A program made the translations under genes and the position numbers. The notes below the pieces were generated by a model. The model was given only the letters and a program-made list of their open reading frames with translations, was not told the DNA's origin and did no database searches. A stretch of 64,000 nt of DNA from the human T2T-CHM13v2.0 reference genome, Homo sapiens. Position 1 is the stretch's first letter. Each line of letters begins with the position of its first letter. The stretch lies in NCBI RefSeq assembly GCF_009914755.1, contig NC_060936.1; one strand, given 5' to 3'. Of this stretch, positions 1 through 13,200 are shown piece by piece.

Positions 1-1230
1 AGTAGTTTGGAAACACTGTTTTATATAGAATCTGCAAAGGGATATTTGGGAGCACATTGAGGCCTCTTGTGAAAAACGAGATATCTTCAGAGTAAAACTA
101 GAAAGAAGCTTCGTGAGAAACTGCTTTGTGATGTGTGCATTCATCTCACAGAGTTAAACCTTTGTTTTGATGGAGCAGTTTGTAAAAACTGTTTTTGTAT
201 AATCTGCGAAGGGATATTTTGGAGAACTTTGAGTCCTATGGTGAAAATGGAAATATCTTTAGACAAAAACTAGAATGCAACTTTCTGAGAAACTGCTTTG
301 TGATGTGTTCATTAATCTCACAGAGTTAAACCTTTCTTTTGATGGAGTAGTTTGGAAACACTGTATTTGTAGAATCTGCAAAGGGATATTTGGGAGTGCA
401 TTTAGGCCTGTGGTGAAAAGAGAAATATCTTCAGAGGAAAACTAGAAATAAGCTTTGTGAGAAACTGCTTTGTGATGTGTGCATTCATCTCACAGACCTA
501 AACCTTTCTACTGAAGGAGCAGTTTGGAATCACTGTATTTGTAGAATCTGTGAAGGCATATTTGAGAGTGCTTTCAGGTATACAGTGAAAAGGGAAATTG
601 CTCCAGATACAAACTAGACAGAAACTTTCTGAGAAACTGCTTGGTGGTGTGTACTTTTGTCTGATAGAATTAACCCTTTCTTTTGGTGGAGTAGTTTGGA
701 AACACTGCTTTTGTAGAATCTGCAAAGTGGTATTTGGGAGCGCATTGAGGACTATTATGAAAAAGGAAATATCTTCAGAGAACATCTAGAAAGAAGCTTT
801 GTGAGAAACTGCTTTGTGATGTGTGCATTCATTTCACAGAGTTAAACCTTGCTTTTGAAGGAGCAGTTTGGAAACACTGTATTTGTAGAATCTGTGAAGA
901 CATACTTGGGAGCATTGTCAGTCATGTGGTGAAAAGGGAAATTACTTCAGATAAAAACTATACAGAAGCTTTCTGAGAAACTGCTCAGTGATGTGTGCTT
1001 TCATCTCACATAATTAAACATTTCTTTTGGTGGAGCCATTTGGAAAGATGGTAGAATCTCTGTAGGGGTATTTGGGAGCTCAGTGAGACCCATGGTGAAT
1101 AAACAAATATCTTCAGATAAAAACTGGAAAGAAGCTTTCCGAGAAACTGCTTTGTGATGTGTGCATTCATGTCACAGTGCTAAACCTTTCTTTTGATGGA
1201 ACCATAAGGAAATACTCTTTTTGTAGAATC
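1..1230. repeat. Monomeric alpha satellite (171-bp, A-type/pJalpha)
   Basis: Tandem ~171-bp units (gaggcctatggtgaaaa..gaaatatcttcag..gagaaactgctttgtgatgtgtgcattcatctcacagagttaaacc); no CENP-B box (cttcgttggaaacggga) seen. Confidence 0.97.
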
Positions 1231-4200
1231 CTCCCAACCACAGATGCCCTGGGCCTTGGGGATCCTGGGTTTCCCTGGCTGATGCCCACAAAGTGTATCA
1301 TGCCAAAGGGGGACAGCCCAAAGTGGTAGGGAGGCTTGAATGGGGAGGTTGAGACTCCTGTGTCGTGTGAATGGAAAAAAATCAGAGCAGCATAGGTCCC
1401 CCCCATGGGCAAAAGTGCCTCCCAACTGCACATGCGCAGGTCCCAGGGCATACTGGGCATCCTTTTTTCATGTCCATGGAGCATCTCAGGGCCAAGGGTG
1501 CAGCCCAAAGCGACAGGAAGTTTTGAAAGGGGAAGTCGAGGCACTTGTGTGGCATGGAAGGAAAAACATACAGTGCAGCACAAGTTCTCCCACAGGCGAA
1601 AGTGCCACCCAACCGGGCATACAACAAGGGGCCGAGGGGATCCTGGGTATGTTTCTTTCCCTGCCATGGGTTGTCTCAGGCCCACAATGGACAGCCCAAA
1701 GTGGCAGGATGGCTTGAAAGGGATGTTGAGGCACCCGTGTGGTGAGGAAGAAAAAGAAACAGCGCAGCAGTGGCCCCCATGGGCGAAAGTGCTTCCCACC
1801 CACGTATGATTGGAGGGCTGGGGATCCTGGGCACCCCAGGTTCTCACTCAAGGAGGGCGTCGGCCCACAGGGGCCAGCCCAAGGCCACAGGAAGGCTTAA
1901 AAGGGGATGCGCAGGCTCCAGTGTTGTGAAAAGAAAACACAAATGGCGAGGCAAACGTCCCCCAACATGGGTGAAAGTGCCTCCCCACCGCTCATGCATG
2001 AGGCCTAGGGGACTCTGGGGCTTCCCTGATCCATGCCCAAGGAGTGCCTCGGGCCCACGGGCTACAGCCCAAGGCAGCAAGAAGCCTTGAAAGGGGAGGT
2101 GGAGTCACCTGTGTTGTGGAAGGAAAATGCAAATGGCGACTTAGAGGTCCCCCATCAATGGGTGAAAGAGCCTCCCCATCACACATGCATGGGTCCAGGG
2201 GCCCCTGAGGGTCCCTGGTTCACACCCATGGAGCAACTCGGACCCACAGGGACCAGCCCAAGGTGGCAGGAAGACTTGAAATAGGAGGTGGAGGCACTGT
2301 GTTGTGTAAGAAAAAAACAAATGGTGAGGAAGAGGTCCCCCACAAATGGGCAAAAGTGCATCCCCAGCATGCATGCACAAGGCGTAGGTGATCCTGGGTG
2401 TCCCTGGTTCACACCCACGGAGCGTCTCAGGACCACGTGGAGCAGCCCAAAGTGGCAGGAAGTTTTGAAAGGGGAGGTCAAGGCTCTTGTGTGGTGGGGA
2501 AATTAAAAAAAAAAAAAAACCGGCATGGCTGAGGTCCCCCTCACAGGAAAAAGTGTCTCCCAACTGCACATGTGCAGGGTGCAGGGTATCCTGGACATCC
2601 CTGGTTGGCATCATCATAGAGTCTCGGGCCCACAGGGTACAGCCAAAAGGGTGCAGGTGATGCTGGGCTTCTGTGATTCATGTCCACAGAGCATCTAATG
2701 CCCACAGGGGGAAGCCCCAAGCAGCAGGAAGGTTTGAAATAGGATGTCGAGGCACCTGTGTGGTATGGAAGGATGAAAAATTGTCACTTCAGAGGTTCCC
2801 CCAAGGGCTAAAGTGACTCCAAACCACACATGCGCAGGTAACAGGGGATCCTGGGCTTCCCTGGTTTGCACCCTCAGAGCATCTCGGGCCCACAGGGGGA
2901 AACCCAAAGCGGCAGGAATTATTGAAAGGGGAGGTTGAGGCATCTGTGTGGTATGGAAGGAAAAACAAAACGGCATTGCAGAGGTCCCACAACAGGCGAA
3001 ATTACCTCCCAACCACGCATGTGTGGGGACTTGGGGATTCTTGGATTCCCTGGTTCATGCCCACAAAGTATATCGGGTCAGAAGGGGCAGCCCAGTGCAG
3101 CAGAGAGGCTTGAATGGGGATGTCGAGGGACCTGTGTGGTGTGGAAGGAAAAAAAACAGGCACCACAGAGGTCCACCCATGAGCAAAAGTACCTCCCAAC
3201 CGCACATGGGTGGGACCCAGGGGACACTGGGCACCCTTGTTTCATGCACACAGAGCATCTTGGGCCCACGGGGGGCAGCCCAAGCAGCAGGAAGTCTTGA
3301 AAGGGGAGGTCGAGGCACCTTTGTGGTTTGAAAGGAAAAAAACACGGCGTGGCAGAGGTTACACCCAAGGGTAAAAGTACCTCCCAACCACGCATGTGAA
3401 GGTCCCAGGGATCCAATGCCTCCTTGGTTCTTGTGCACAGAGTGTGTGGGGCCCATGGGGAGCAGCTCAAAGTGGCAGTAAGATTAAGGCTTGAAACGGG
3501 AAGTCAAGGCACTTGCTTGTTGTGGAAGGAAAACAAAATGGAGTGTCAGAGGTCCCCCCCCAAAGACAAAAGTGTCTCTGAATCGTGCATACATGGGGTG
3601 GAGGGGATCTTTGGCATCCCTGATTGATGCCCATGGAGTACCTCGTGCCCACAAGGGGCAGCCTAAAGCGGCAGAAAGGCTTGAAAGGGAAGGTTGAGGC
3701 ACGAGTGTGGTGTGGAAGGACAAAAAAAGGTACCGCCGAGGTCTGCCCCACGGGCAAAAGTACCTCCCAAATGAGCATGCACACGGCCCTGGGGAACCTG
3801 CGCGTTGGTGCTTCATGCACCCAGAGCGTCTCAGGTCCACGTGGGGCTGCCCAAAGCAGCAGGAATGTTTGAAAGGGGAGTTTGAGGCACCTGTTTGTTG
3901 TAGAAGGAAAAAAATTGACGCTACATAGGTCCCCACCAAAGGTGAAAGTGCCACTTGCCCATGCACTCATGGGTCCCAGGGGATCCTGGGATGCCCTGGT
4001 TCATGCCTACAGAGAGTCTCAGGCCCCCGGGGGGCAGCCCAAAGTGGCAGGAAGACTTGAAATTGGAAGTCGACACACCTGAGTGTTGTGGAAGGATAAA
4101 AACATGTCGCGGCATAGGTCCTCCTTAAAGGCAAAAATGCCTCCTAGCCACACATGCACAGGGTGCTGGGGATCCTGGGCATCCCTATTTCACACCCACG

Positions 4201-7200
4201 GAGCATCCTGGGGACATGGGGTGAAGCTCAAAGTAGCAGGAAGTCTTCAAAGGTGAGGTAGAGGCACTTGTGTGGTGTGGAAGGAAAAAAAAAGGCAAAG
4301 CAGAGGTCCTCCCCACGTGTGAAATAGCCCCCAACTGTTCATGCGCGGGCCCCAGAGTATCCTGGGCTTCCCTGGTTTGCAGGCTCAGAGCATCTCGGGC
4401 TCACGTGGGGCAGCCCAAAGCTTCATGAAGGCTTGAAAGGGGAGGTCAAGACATTTGTGTGGTGTGAAAGGAAAATAAAAACCCGCCATGACAGAAGTCC
4501 TGCCACGGGAGAAAGTGCCTCCCAACTGCTCATTCCCAGTGCCCAGGGCATTCTATGTCTCCCTGCTTCGCGTTCACTGAGTGTCTCATGCCCACAGGGG
4601 GCAGATCCAAGCTGAAGTAAAGTTTGAAATGGGAATTCGAGACACCTGTGTGGTATGGAAGGAAAAAAAATGGCGTGGCAGAGTTCCCCCCCAGGGGCCA
4701 ATCTCAATCGCGCATGGACGGGGCCCAGGGGATCCTGGGCTTCCCTGGTTCATGCCCAAGAGGGACAGCCCAAGGCAGCAGGAATGCTTGAAAAGGGAGT
4801 TCGAGTCCCCTTTATGTTGTGGGAGGAAAAAAAAATGGCGCAGCAGAGGTCCTCCCACGGGCGAAACTGACTCCCAGCTGCGCATGTGTAGGTCCCATGG
4901 AATCCTGGGTGTCCCTGGTTCATGCCCATGAAGCACCTCAGACCCACAGGGGCAACCCAAAGCGGCAGGAATTATTGAAAGGGGAGGTCGAGGCATCTGT
5001 GTGGTGCCAAAGGAAAAAAAAGGTGCAGCAGAGGTCCCATAACGGGAGAAAGTGCCTCCTAGCCACGCATGCATGGGGACCTGTGGATCCAGGGTTTCCC
5101 TGGTCCATGCCCACAAAGCGTATCAGGCCAAAGGGGGGCAGCCCAAGGCGGCAAGACGGCTTGAATGGGGAGGTCGAGTCACCTGTGTGGTGTGGAAGGA
5201 AAAAAAAACGGCACGGCAGGGGTCCCCCCCCATGGGCAAGAGTACCCCCCAACCGCATTTGCGTGGGGCCCAGGGGATACTGAGCATCCCTGTTTTGCTC
5301 CCCCATAGTGTCTTGGGCCCACGGCGGCAGCCCACAGCGGTAGGAAGACTTGAAAGGGGTGGTCGAGGCACGTTTGTGGTTTGAAAGGAAAAAAACACGG
5401 AGCAGCAGATGTCCCCCCCAAGGGTGAAAGTGCCTCCCAATCGCACATGCGAGGGTCTCGGGGGATCCTAGGCATCCCTTGTTCTTGCGCATGGAGTATC
5501 TCATGCCCACAGGGGAAGCTCAAAGCGGTAGGAAGCCTTGAAATGGGAGGTTGAGGCACCTGTTTGTTGTGGAAGGAAAACAAAATGGCGTGGGAGAGGT
5601 CCCCCCTCCAAAGATGAAAGTACCTCTCAACTGTGCATCTGTGGGCCCCAGGGGATCCTGCACATCTCTCGTTCCCAGCCATGGAGGGTTTCAGGTCCAC
5701 AGGGGACAGCCCAAAATGCCAGGAAGGCTTGAAATGGGAGGTCGATTCACCTGTGTGGTGTGGAAGGAAAAGAAAAGGCGACACAGAAGTCCCCCCAATG
5801 GACGAAAGTGCCTCCCAACCACACAGGCGTGGCACCCAGGGGATCCTTGGCATCCCTGGTTGATGCCCACTGAGGGTCTCATGCCCACGGGGGGCAGCCT
5901 AAAGCGGCAGGAAGGCTTGAAAGGGGAGGTTTAGACACCTGTGCGGTGTGAAAGGAGAAAAAAAACACGGTGCGGCAGAGATCTCCCCCAGGGGCGAAAG
6001 TGTCTCCCAAACGAGCATACACAGGGCCCAGAGGATCCTGGGCATCCCTGGTTCATGCACCAAGAGTGTCTCAGGCCCATGGGGGAGCTGCTCAAAGCAA
6101 CAGGAAGGTTTGAAATGGGAGGTCGAGGCACCCGTGTGTTGTGGAAGGAAAACAAATGACGTGGCATAGGTCTCCACCACAGGTGAAAATGCTTCTCACC
6201 TGCGCATGTGCAGAGCCCAGGGCATCCTCCCGTCCCAGCTTCATGCCCACAGAATGTCACAGGCCCGTGGGGGACAGCTCAAAGAGTCAATAAGGCTTCA
6301 AATGAGCAGTCGAGGCACCTGTGTGGTATGGAAGCACAAAAACACGTCGTGGCAGAGGTTCGCCCCAAGGGCGAAAATGACTCCCAACTGCACATGCGTG
6401 GGTCCCAAGGAATCCTGGGCGTTTCTGGTTAGCGACCCAGGGCATCTTGGGCTCACAGGAGGCAACCGAAAACGGCAGGAAGGATTGAAAGGATATGTCG
6501 AGGCATCTGTGTGGTGTGGAAGGAAAAAAAAAAAACGGCGCGGCAGAGGTCCCCCATCGGGCGAAAGTGCCTCCCAACCGCACATGCGTGGGTCCCTGGG
6601 GATCCTGGGTGTCCCTGGTTCATGCCCATGGAGCGCCTCGGGCCTATGGGGGGCAGTCTAAAGAGGCAGGAAAGCTTGAAAGGGGAGGTTGAAGCACCTG
6701 TGAGGTGTGGAAGGACAAAAAAACGGTGCGACCGAGGTCCGCCCCATGGGCGAAAGTGCCTCCCAAACCAGCATGCATGGGACCCAGGGCATCCTGGGAA
6801 TCCCTGCTTCATGCACCCAGAGAGTCTCGGGCCCACGGGGGTCTGCCCAAAGCAGCAGGAAGGTTTGAAAGGGGAGGTCGAGGCACCTGTGTGTTGTAGA
6901 AGGAAAAAAAATGACACAGCATAGGTCCCCATCAAAGGAGAATGTGCTTGTCATCCGCCTATGCTTAGGGCCCAGGTAGTCCTGGGCGCCCCTGGTTCGT
7001 GCCTACAGAGTGTCTCAGGCCCACAGGGGGCAGCCAAAAGTGGCAGGAAGGCTTGAAATTGGAGGTCGAGACACGTGAGTGTTGTGGAAGGAAAAAAAAT
7101 GGCACAGCATAGGTCCTCACTAAAGGCAAAAATGCGACCTAACCGCACATGCATGGGGCTCTGGGGATCCTGGGCGTCCCTGTTTCACACCCAGGGAGCA

Positions 7201-10200
7201 TCTTGCGGACATGGGGGGAGGCCCAAAGCAGCAGGAAGGCTTCAAAAGGTAGTTAGAGGCACCTGTGTGGGTGGAAGGGAAATAATAAAAGGCACAGCCG
7301 AGGTCCTCCCCACTGGCGAAATAGCCCCCACTGCTCATGTGCGGGGCCCAGGGGCTCCTGGGCTTCTCTGGTTGGCACCCTCGGGCATCTCAGGCTCACA
7401 GTGGGCAGCCCAAAGAGGGATGAAGTCTTGAAAGGGGAGGTGGAGGCACTTGTGTGGTGTGAAAGGAAAAAGAAACGCGCAGCAGGGGAGAAAGGGCCTC
7501 CCAACCGCTGATTCGCGGGGCCCAGGGTATCCTGCATCTCCCTGCTTCATGTTCAAGGAGAGTCTCAGGCTCACACGGGGCAGATCAAAGCGGAAGTAAG
7601 GCTTGAAAGGGGAAGTCGAGTCACCTGTGTGGTATGGAAGGAATAAAAACGGTGCAGCAGAGGTCCCCCCATGGGCGAAAGTGCCTTCCAACCCGGCATG
7701 TGTGGGGCCCAGGGGATCCTGGGTTTCCCTGGTTCACGCCAACAAAGCATCTTGGGTCCAAGGGGGGCAGCCCAAAGTGGCAAGAAGGCTTGAAAGGGGA
7801 GATCGAGTCCCCTGTGTGTTGTGGGAGGAAAAAAAAAAGGGAGCCACAGATGTCCCCTCGACAGGCGAAAGTGCCCCCCAACCGCGCATTACCATGCCCA
7901 GAGCATTGTGGACATCCCTGGATCAGGCTGAAGGAGTTTCTCAGGCCCACGGGGGACAGCCCCAAGCGGCAGGAAAGCTTGAAAGGTGAGGTTGAGGCAC
8001 CTGTGTGGTGTGGAAGGAAAAAAAAATGGCAAGCCATAGGTCCCCACAATGGGTGAAAGTGCTCCCAACTGCGCACGTGTGGTGACCAGGGAATCCTGGG
8101 CTTCCCTGCTTCATGCGGACAGTGTCTCAGGCCCACGGGGGGCAGGTCAAAGTGGCAGTAAGTATTCAAAGGGGAAGTCGAGGCACCTGTGTGTTATGGA
8201 AGGACAAAGAAAGTCGCAGCAGAGGTTCCCCCTACAGGCGAAAGTGACTCTGAAACACATATGCGTGGGTCTCAGGGTATCCTGGGAGCCCCTGGTTTGC
8301 ACCCACGGAGCATCTCGGGCCCACAGGAGGCAACCCAAAGAGGCAGGAAGGATTGAAAAGGGAGGTCGAGGCATTGGTGTGTTGTGTAAGGAAAAAAAAA
8401 ATGGCGGGGCAGAGGTCCCTCAACGGGCGAAAGTGCCTCCCAACCACACATGCGTGGGGACCTGGGGATCCTGGGCTTCCCTGGTTCATGCCCACAAATT
8501 GTATCAGGCGAAAGGGGAGCAGCCCAAAGCAGCAGGAAGGCTTGAATGCGGAGGTTGAGGCACCTGCGTGGTGTGGAAGGAAAAAAAACATGTCGGCAGA
8601 GGTCCCCAACGGGAGAATGTGCCTCCCAACCGCTCATTCGCGGGACCCAGGGGATCCTATGTGTCCCTGTTAGCATTCACAGAGTGTCTCAGGCCCACAG
8701 GGGGCAGATAAAAGCGGAAGTAATGCTTCAAAATGGTAGTCAAGGCACTTGTGTTGTATGGAAGGACAAAAAAAGTCACTGCAGAGGTCCCCCCACGGGA
8801 GAAAGTGACTCCTAACCGCAAATGCATGGGTTCTAGGGAATCCTGGGCATCACTGCTTCGTGCACACGGAGCATCTGGAGCCCACAGGGGGCAACCCAAA
8901 GCGTCAGGAAGGACTGAAAGGGGAAGTCGAGGCATCTGTGTGGTGTGGAAGGAAAAAAAAAGCGGCACGGCAGAGGTCCCCTAAAGGACGAAACTGTCTC
9001 CCAACCACGCATGCACGGGGCCCTGTAGATCCTGGGCTTCCCTGGTTCATGGCCACAAAGCATATCAGGCAAAAGGGGGGCAGCCCAAAGCGTCAGGAAG
9101 GCTTGAATGGGGAGGTCGAGGCACCTGAGTGGTGTGGAAGGAAAGAAAAACTGGCGCAGCAGAGGCCCCCCCAACAGGCAGAAGTACTTCCCAACCACGC
9201 ATGCATGGATCCCCGGGGATATGAGCCATCCCTGTTTCACACCCATGGAGCATATCGGGGCCATGAGGGCAGCCCAAAGCAGAAGGAACTTTTGAAAGGG
9301 GAAGTCAGAGCACCTGTGTGGTGAGGAAGGAAAAAAATAAGGTGCTGCAGATATCCCCCCACAGGCAAAAGTGCCTCCCAACCGCCCAACGGGAGGCCCA
9401 GGTTATCCTGGGCATCCCTGGTTCACCCCCCACGGAGCATCTCAAGCCCACGGGGGGTAGCCAAAAGCGGCAGGAAAGCTTGAAAGAGAAAGTTGAGGCA
9501 CCTGTGTAGTGTGGAAGGAAAAAATACGGTGCGGCAGAGGTCCCTGCACGGGCGACAGTGCCTCCGAACTGCACATGCATGGGGCCCAGGGTTTCTTGTG
9601 CATCCCTGTTTCATGCCCACGGAGCGTCTCGGGCCAATGGAGTGCAGCCAAAAGCGGCAGGAAAACTTGAAAGGGGAGGTAGAGGTACCTGTGTGGTGAG
9701 GAAGGAATAAAATATGGCACGGCAGAAGTCCCCCCATGGGCGAAAGTGCTTCCCAACAGGGCAGGTGTGGGGCACCAGGGACCATGGGTTTCCCTGGGTA
9801 CCACCCATGGAGCGGCTTGGGCCCACAGGGTCTGCCCAAGGCGGCAGGAAGACTTGAAAGGGGAGGTGGAGTCACCTGTGTTGTGGAAGGAAAACACAAA
9901 TGGTGAATCAGTGGTCCCCCCCATGGCTGAAAGAGCCTCCCCACAGCACATGCGTGGGGCCCAGGGGACCTTGGGGGTCCCTGGTTCACACTCATGGAGC
10001 ACCTCGGGCCTATGGGGGCAGCACAAGGTGGCAGGAAGGTTTGAAAGAGGAAGTGAAGGCACCTGTGTTGTGGAGGGAAAAACCAAAAGGTGAGGCAGAT
10101 GTCCGCCCCCTGCGGGCAAAAGTGCCTCCCCACAGGACATGTGCGGGGCCTAGGAGATCCTGGGCATCCCTGGTTCACACCCACGGAGAGTCTTGGGCCC

Positions 10201-13200
10201 ACGGGGGGCAGCCCAAAGTGGCAGGAAGGCTTGGAAAGTGAGGTCGAGGCACCTGTTTGATGAGGAAGGAAAAAAATACAGCACGACAGAGGTCCCCCCA
10301 CAGGCGAAAGTGCCTCCAAACTGCACATGCGCAGATCCCAGGGGATCCTTGGCGTTTCTGGTTCATGCCCACGGTGTGTCTCAGGCCCACGGGGGGCAGC
10401 CTAAAGCGGCACGAAAGCTTGAAAGGGGAGGTCGAAGCACCTGTGTGATGAGGAAGGAAAACAAAACGGCGCAGCAGAGGTCCCTCCACGGGCGAACGTG
10501 CCTCTCAACTGCTCATGCGTGGGGCCCAGGGGATCCTGGACATACTTGCTTTGCTCCCATGGAGCATTTCAGGCCCACAGGGGGCAGCCCAAAGCGTCAG
10601 GAAGGCTTGAAAAAGGAGGTCAGGTCACCTGTGTGGTTGGAAGGAAAAAAAAAATGGCGCGGCCGAGGTCCCCTCCACAGCCAAAGTGATTCCCAACTGC
10701 ACATGTCTGGGGCCCAGGGGATCCTGGACCTCCGTGGTTTGTGCCCACAGGGCATCTCGGGCCCCCCAGGAGAAGCGTAAAGCGGCAGGAAGGCTTGAAA
10801 GGGGAGGTCGAGGCACCTGTGTATTCTGGAAGGAAAACAAATGTCGTGGCCGAGGTCCCCCGAACAGGCAAAAGCGCCCATCATCCGCGCATGTGCTGGT
10901 CCCAGAGGATGCTGGGGTTCCCTGTTTTGTGCCCACGGAGCACCTCCGGCCCAAGTGTTGCAGCCCAAAATGGCAGGAAATCTTGAAAGGGGAGGTCGAG
11001 GCACCTGTGTGGTGTGGACGGAAATAAAATGGTGTGTCAGAAGTCTCCCCACGGGCAAAAGTACCCCCCAAGAGTGCATGCGTGGGGCCAGGGGATAATG
11101 GGTATACCAGTCTTGTGCTCACATAGCATCTCAGGGCCACAGGAGGCAGCCCAAAGCGGCAGGAAGCCTTGAAATGGGAAGTCGAGGCACCTTTGTGGTT
11201 TGAAAGGAAAAAAACACGGCACGGCAGAGGTCCCTGCCAAGGGCGAAAGTGCCTCCCAACCACTCATGCGAGGGTCCCAGGGGATCCTCGGCATCCCTGA
11301 TTCACGCTTACAGGGCATCACGGGCCCACAGGGGGCAGCTCAAAGCGACAGGAAGGCTTGAAATGGGAGGTCGAGGCACCGTTTGTTGTGGAAGGAAAAA
11401 AAATGTCGTGGCATGGGTACCCACCAAAGGCGATAGTTCTCACCCGCACATGCGTGGGGCCCAGGAGATCCAGAACATCCCTGGTTCATGCCTACAGAGC
11501 ATCTTGGGCCCACAGTGGGCAGCCCAAAGAGGAAGCCTTGAAATTGGAGGTCAAGGCACCTGAGTGTTGTGGAAGGATAAAAAAACGGAGCCGCCGAGGT
11601 CCCCACAACAGGTGAAAGTGCCTCCCAACCGCGCATTCACTGCACCCACGGGATTGTGGGAATCCCTGGTTCTGGCCCAAGGAGCATCTCAGGCCCAAGG
11701 CGAACAGCCCCAAGCGGCAGGAAGGCTTGAAAGGTGAGGTCGAGGCACCTATGTTGTGTGGAAGGACAAAAAAAGGTGCACCACAGTTCCCCCAATGGGC
11801 GTAACTCCTCCCAACCGCACATATGTGGGACCCCGAGGATCCTGGCCGTCCCTAGTTGGTGCCCACAGAGCATCTTGGGCCCACGGGTGGCAGCCCAAAG
11901 CGGCAGGAAGGCTTGAAAGGGGAGGATGAGGCACTTGTGTGATATGTGAGGAATAAAAACGCAGTGGCAGAGGTCCCCCCATGGGAGAAAGTGCCTCCCA
12001 ACCACGGATGCGTGGGACCCACGGGATCCTGGGCATCCCTGCTTCATGCCCACAGAGTGTCTCAGGCCTACGGAGGACAGCTTAAAACGGTAGTAAGGCT
12101 TCAAAGGGGAAGTCGAGACACCTATGTGGTATGGAGGGACAAAATAAGTCGCGGCAGAGGTCCCACCCACGGGCGAAAGTGCCACCCAACCGTGCATGCA
12201 TGGAGCCCTGGGGATCCTGGGCATATCTGGTTCATGCCCACGGAACATCTTGTGCCCACGGGGTCCAGCTCAAAGCGGCAGGAATTCTTGAAAGTGGAGG
12301 TGCAGGCTCCAGTGTTGTCAAAGGAAAACACGAAGAGCGAGGTAGGGTTCCCCCAACACGGGTGAAAGTGCCTCCCCACCACACATGTGCGGGGCCCAGG
12401 GGACTCTGGGCGTCCCTGATCCATGCCCAAGGAGTGCCTTGGGCCCACGGGGTCCAGCCCAAGGTGGCAGGAAACCTTGAAAGGGGAGGTGCAGGCACGT
12501 GTGTTGTGGAAGGAAAACACAAACAGCGAGGCAGAGGTTAACCCCTCGGGTGGAAGTGCCTACCCATCACGCATGTGCAGGACCCAGGGGACCCTGGGCA
12601 TCCCTGGTTCATGTCCACAGAGAGCCTCAGCCCATGGGGGCCAGCCCAAGGTGGCAGGAAAGCTTGAAAGGGGAGGTGGAGGCACCTGTGGTGTGGAAGG
12701 AAATCGCAAATGGCGTGGCAGATGTCCCCAACCACTGGCGAAAGTGCCACCCCATCATGCATGCATGGGGCCCAGGGGACCCTGGGCATCCCTGGTTTGC
12801 ACCCACAGAGCACCTCAGGCTCAGCGGGGCCTCCTCAAGGAAGGCTTGAAAGGGGAGGTCGAGGCACCTGTTGTGTGGAAGGAAAACACAAATGGCGCAG
12901 CAAAGTTACCCCCCACGGGAGAAAGTGCCTCCCCACCACGCATGCACAGGGCCCAGGGGACCTGCGCATACATGGATCTCGCCCACGGAGTGCCTTGGGC
13001 CCAAGGGGCCAGCCTGAGGCAGCAGGAAGTCTTGAAAGGGGTGTTGGAGGCACCTGTGTTGTGGAAGTAAAACACAAAGGGCAAGGCAGAGGTCCCCCCT
13101 CCATGGGCGAAAGTGCCTTTCCTCCACACATGTGCAGGGCCCAGAAGGCCATGGGCTTCCCTGGATCACAGCCACAGAGTGCCCCAGTCCCACGGGGCCA

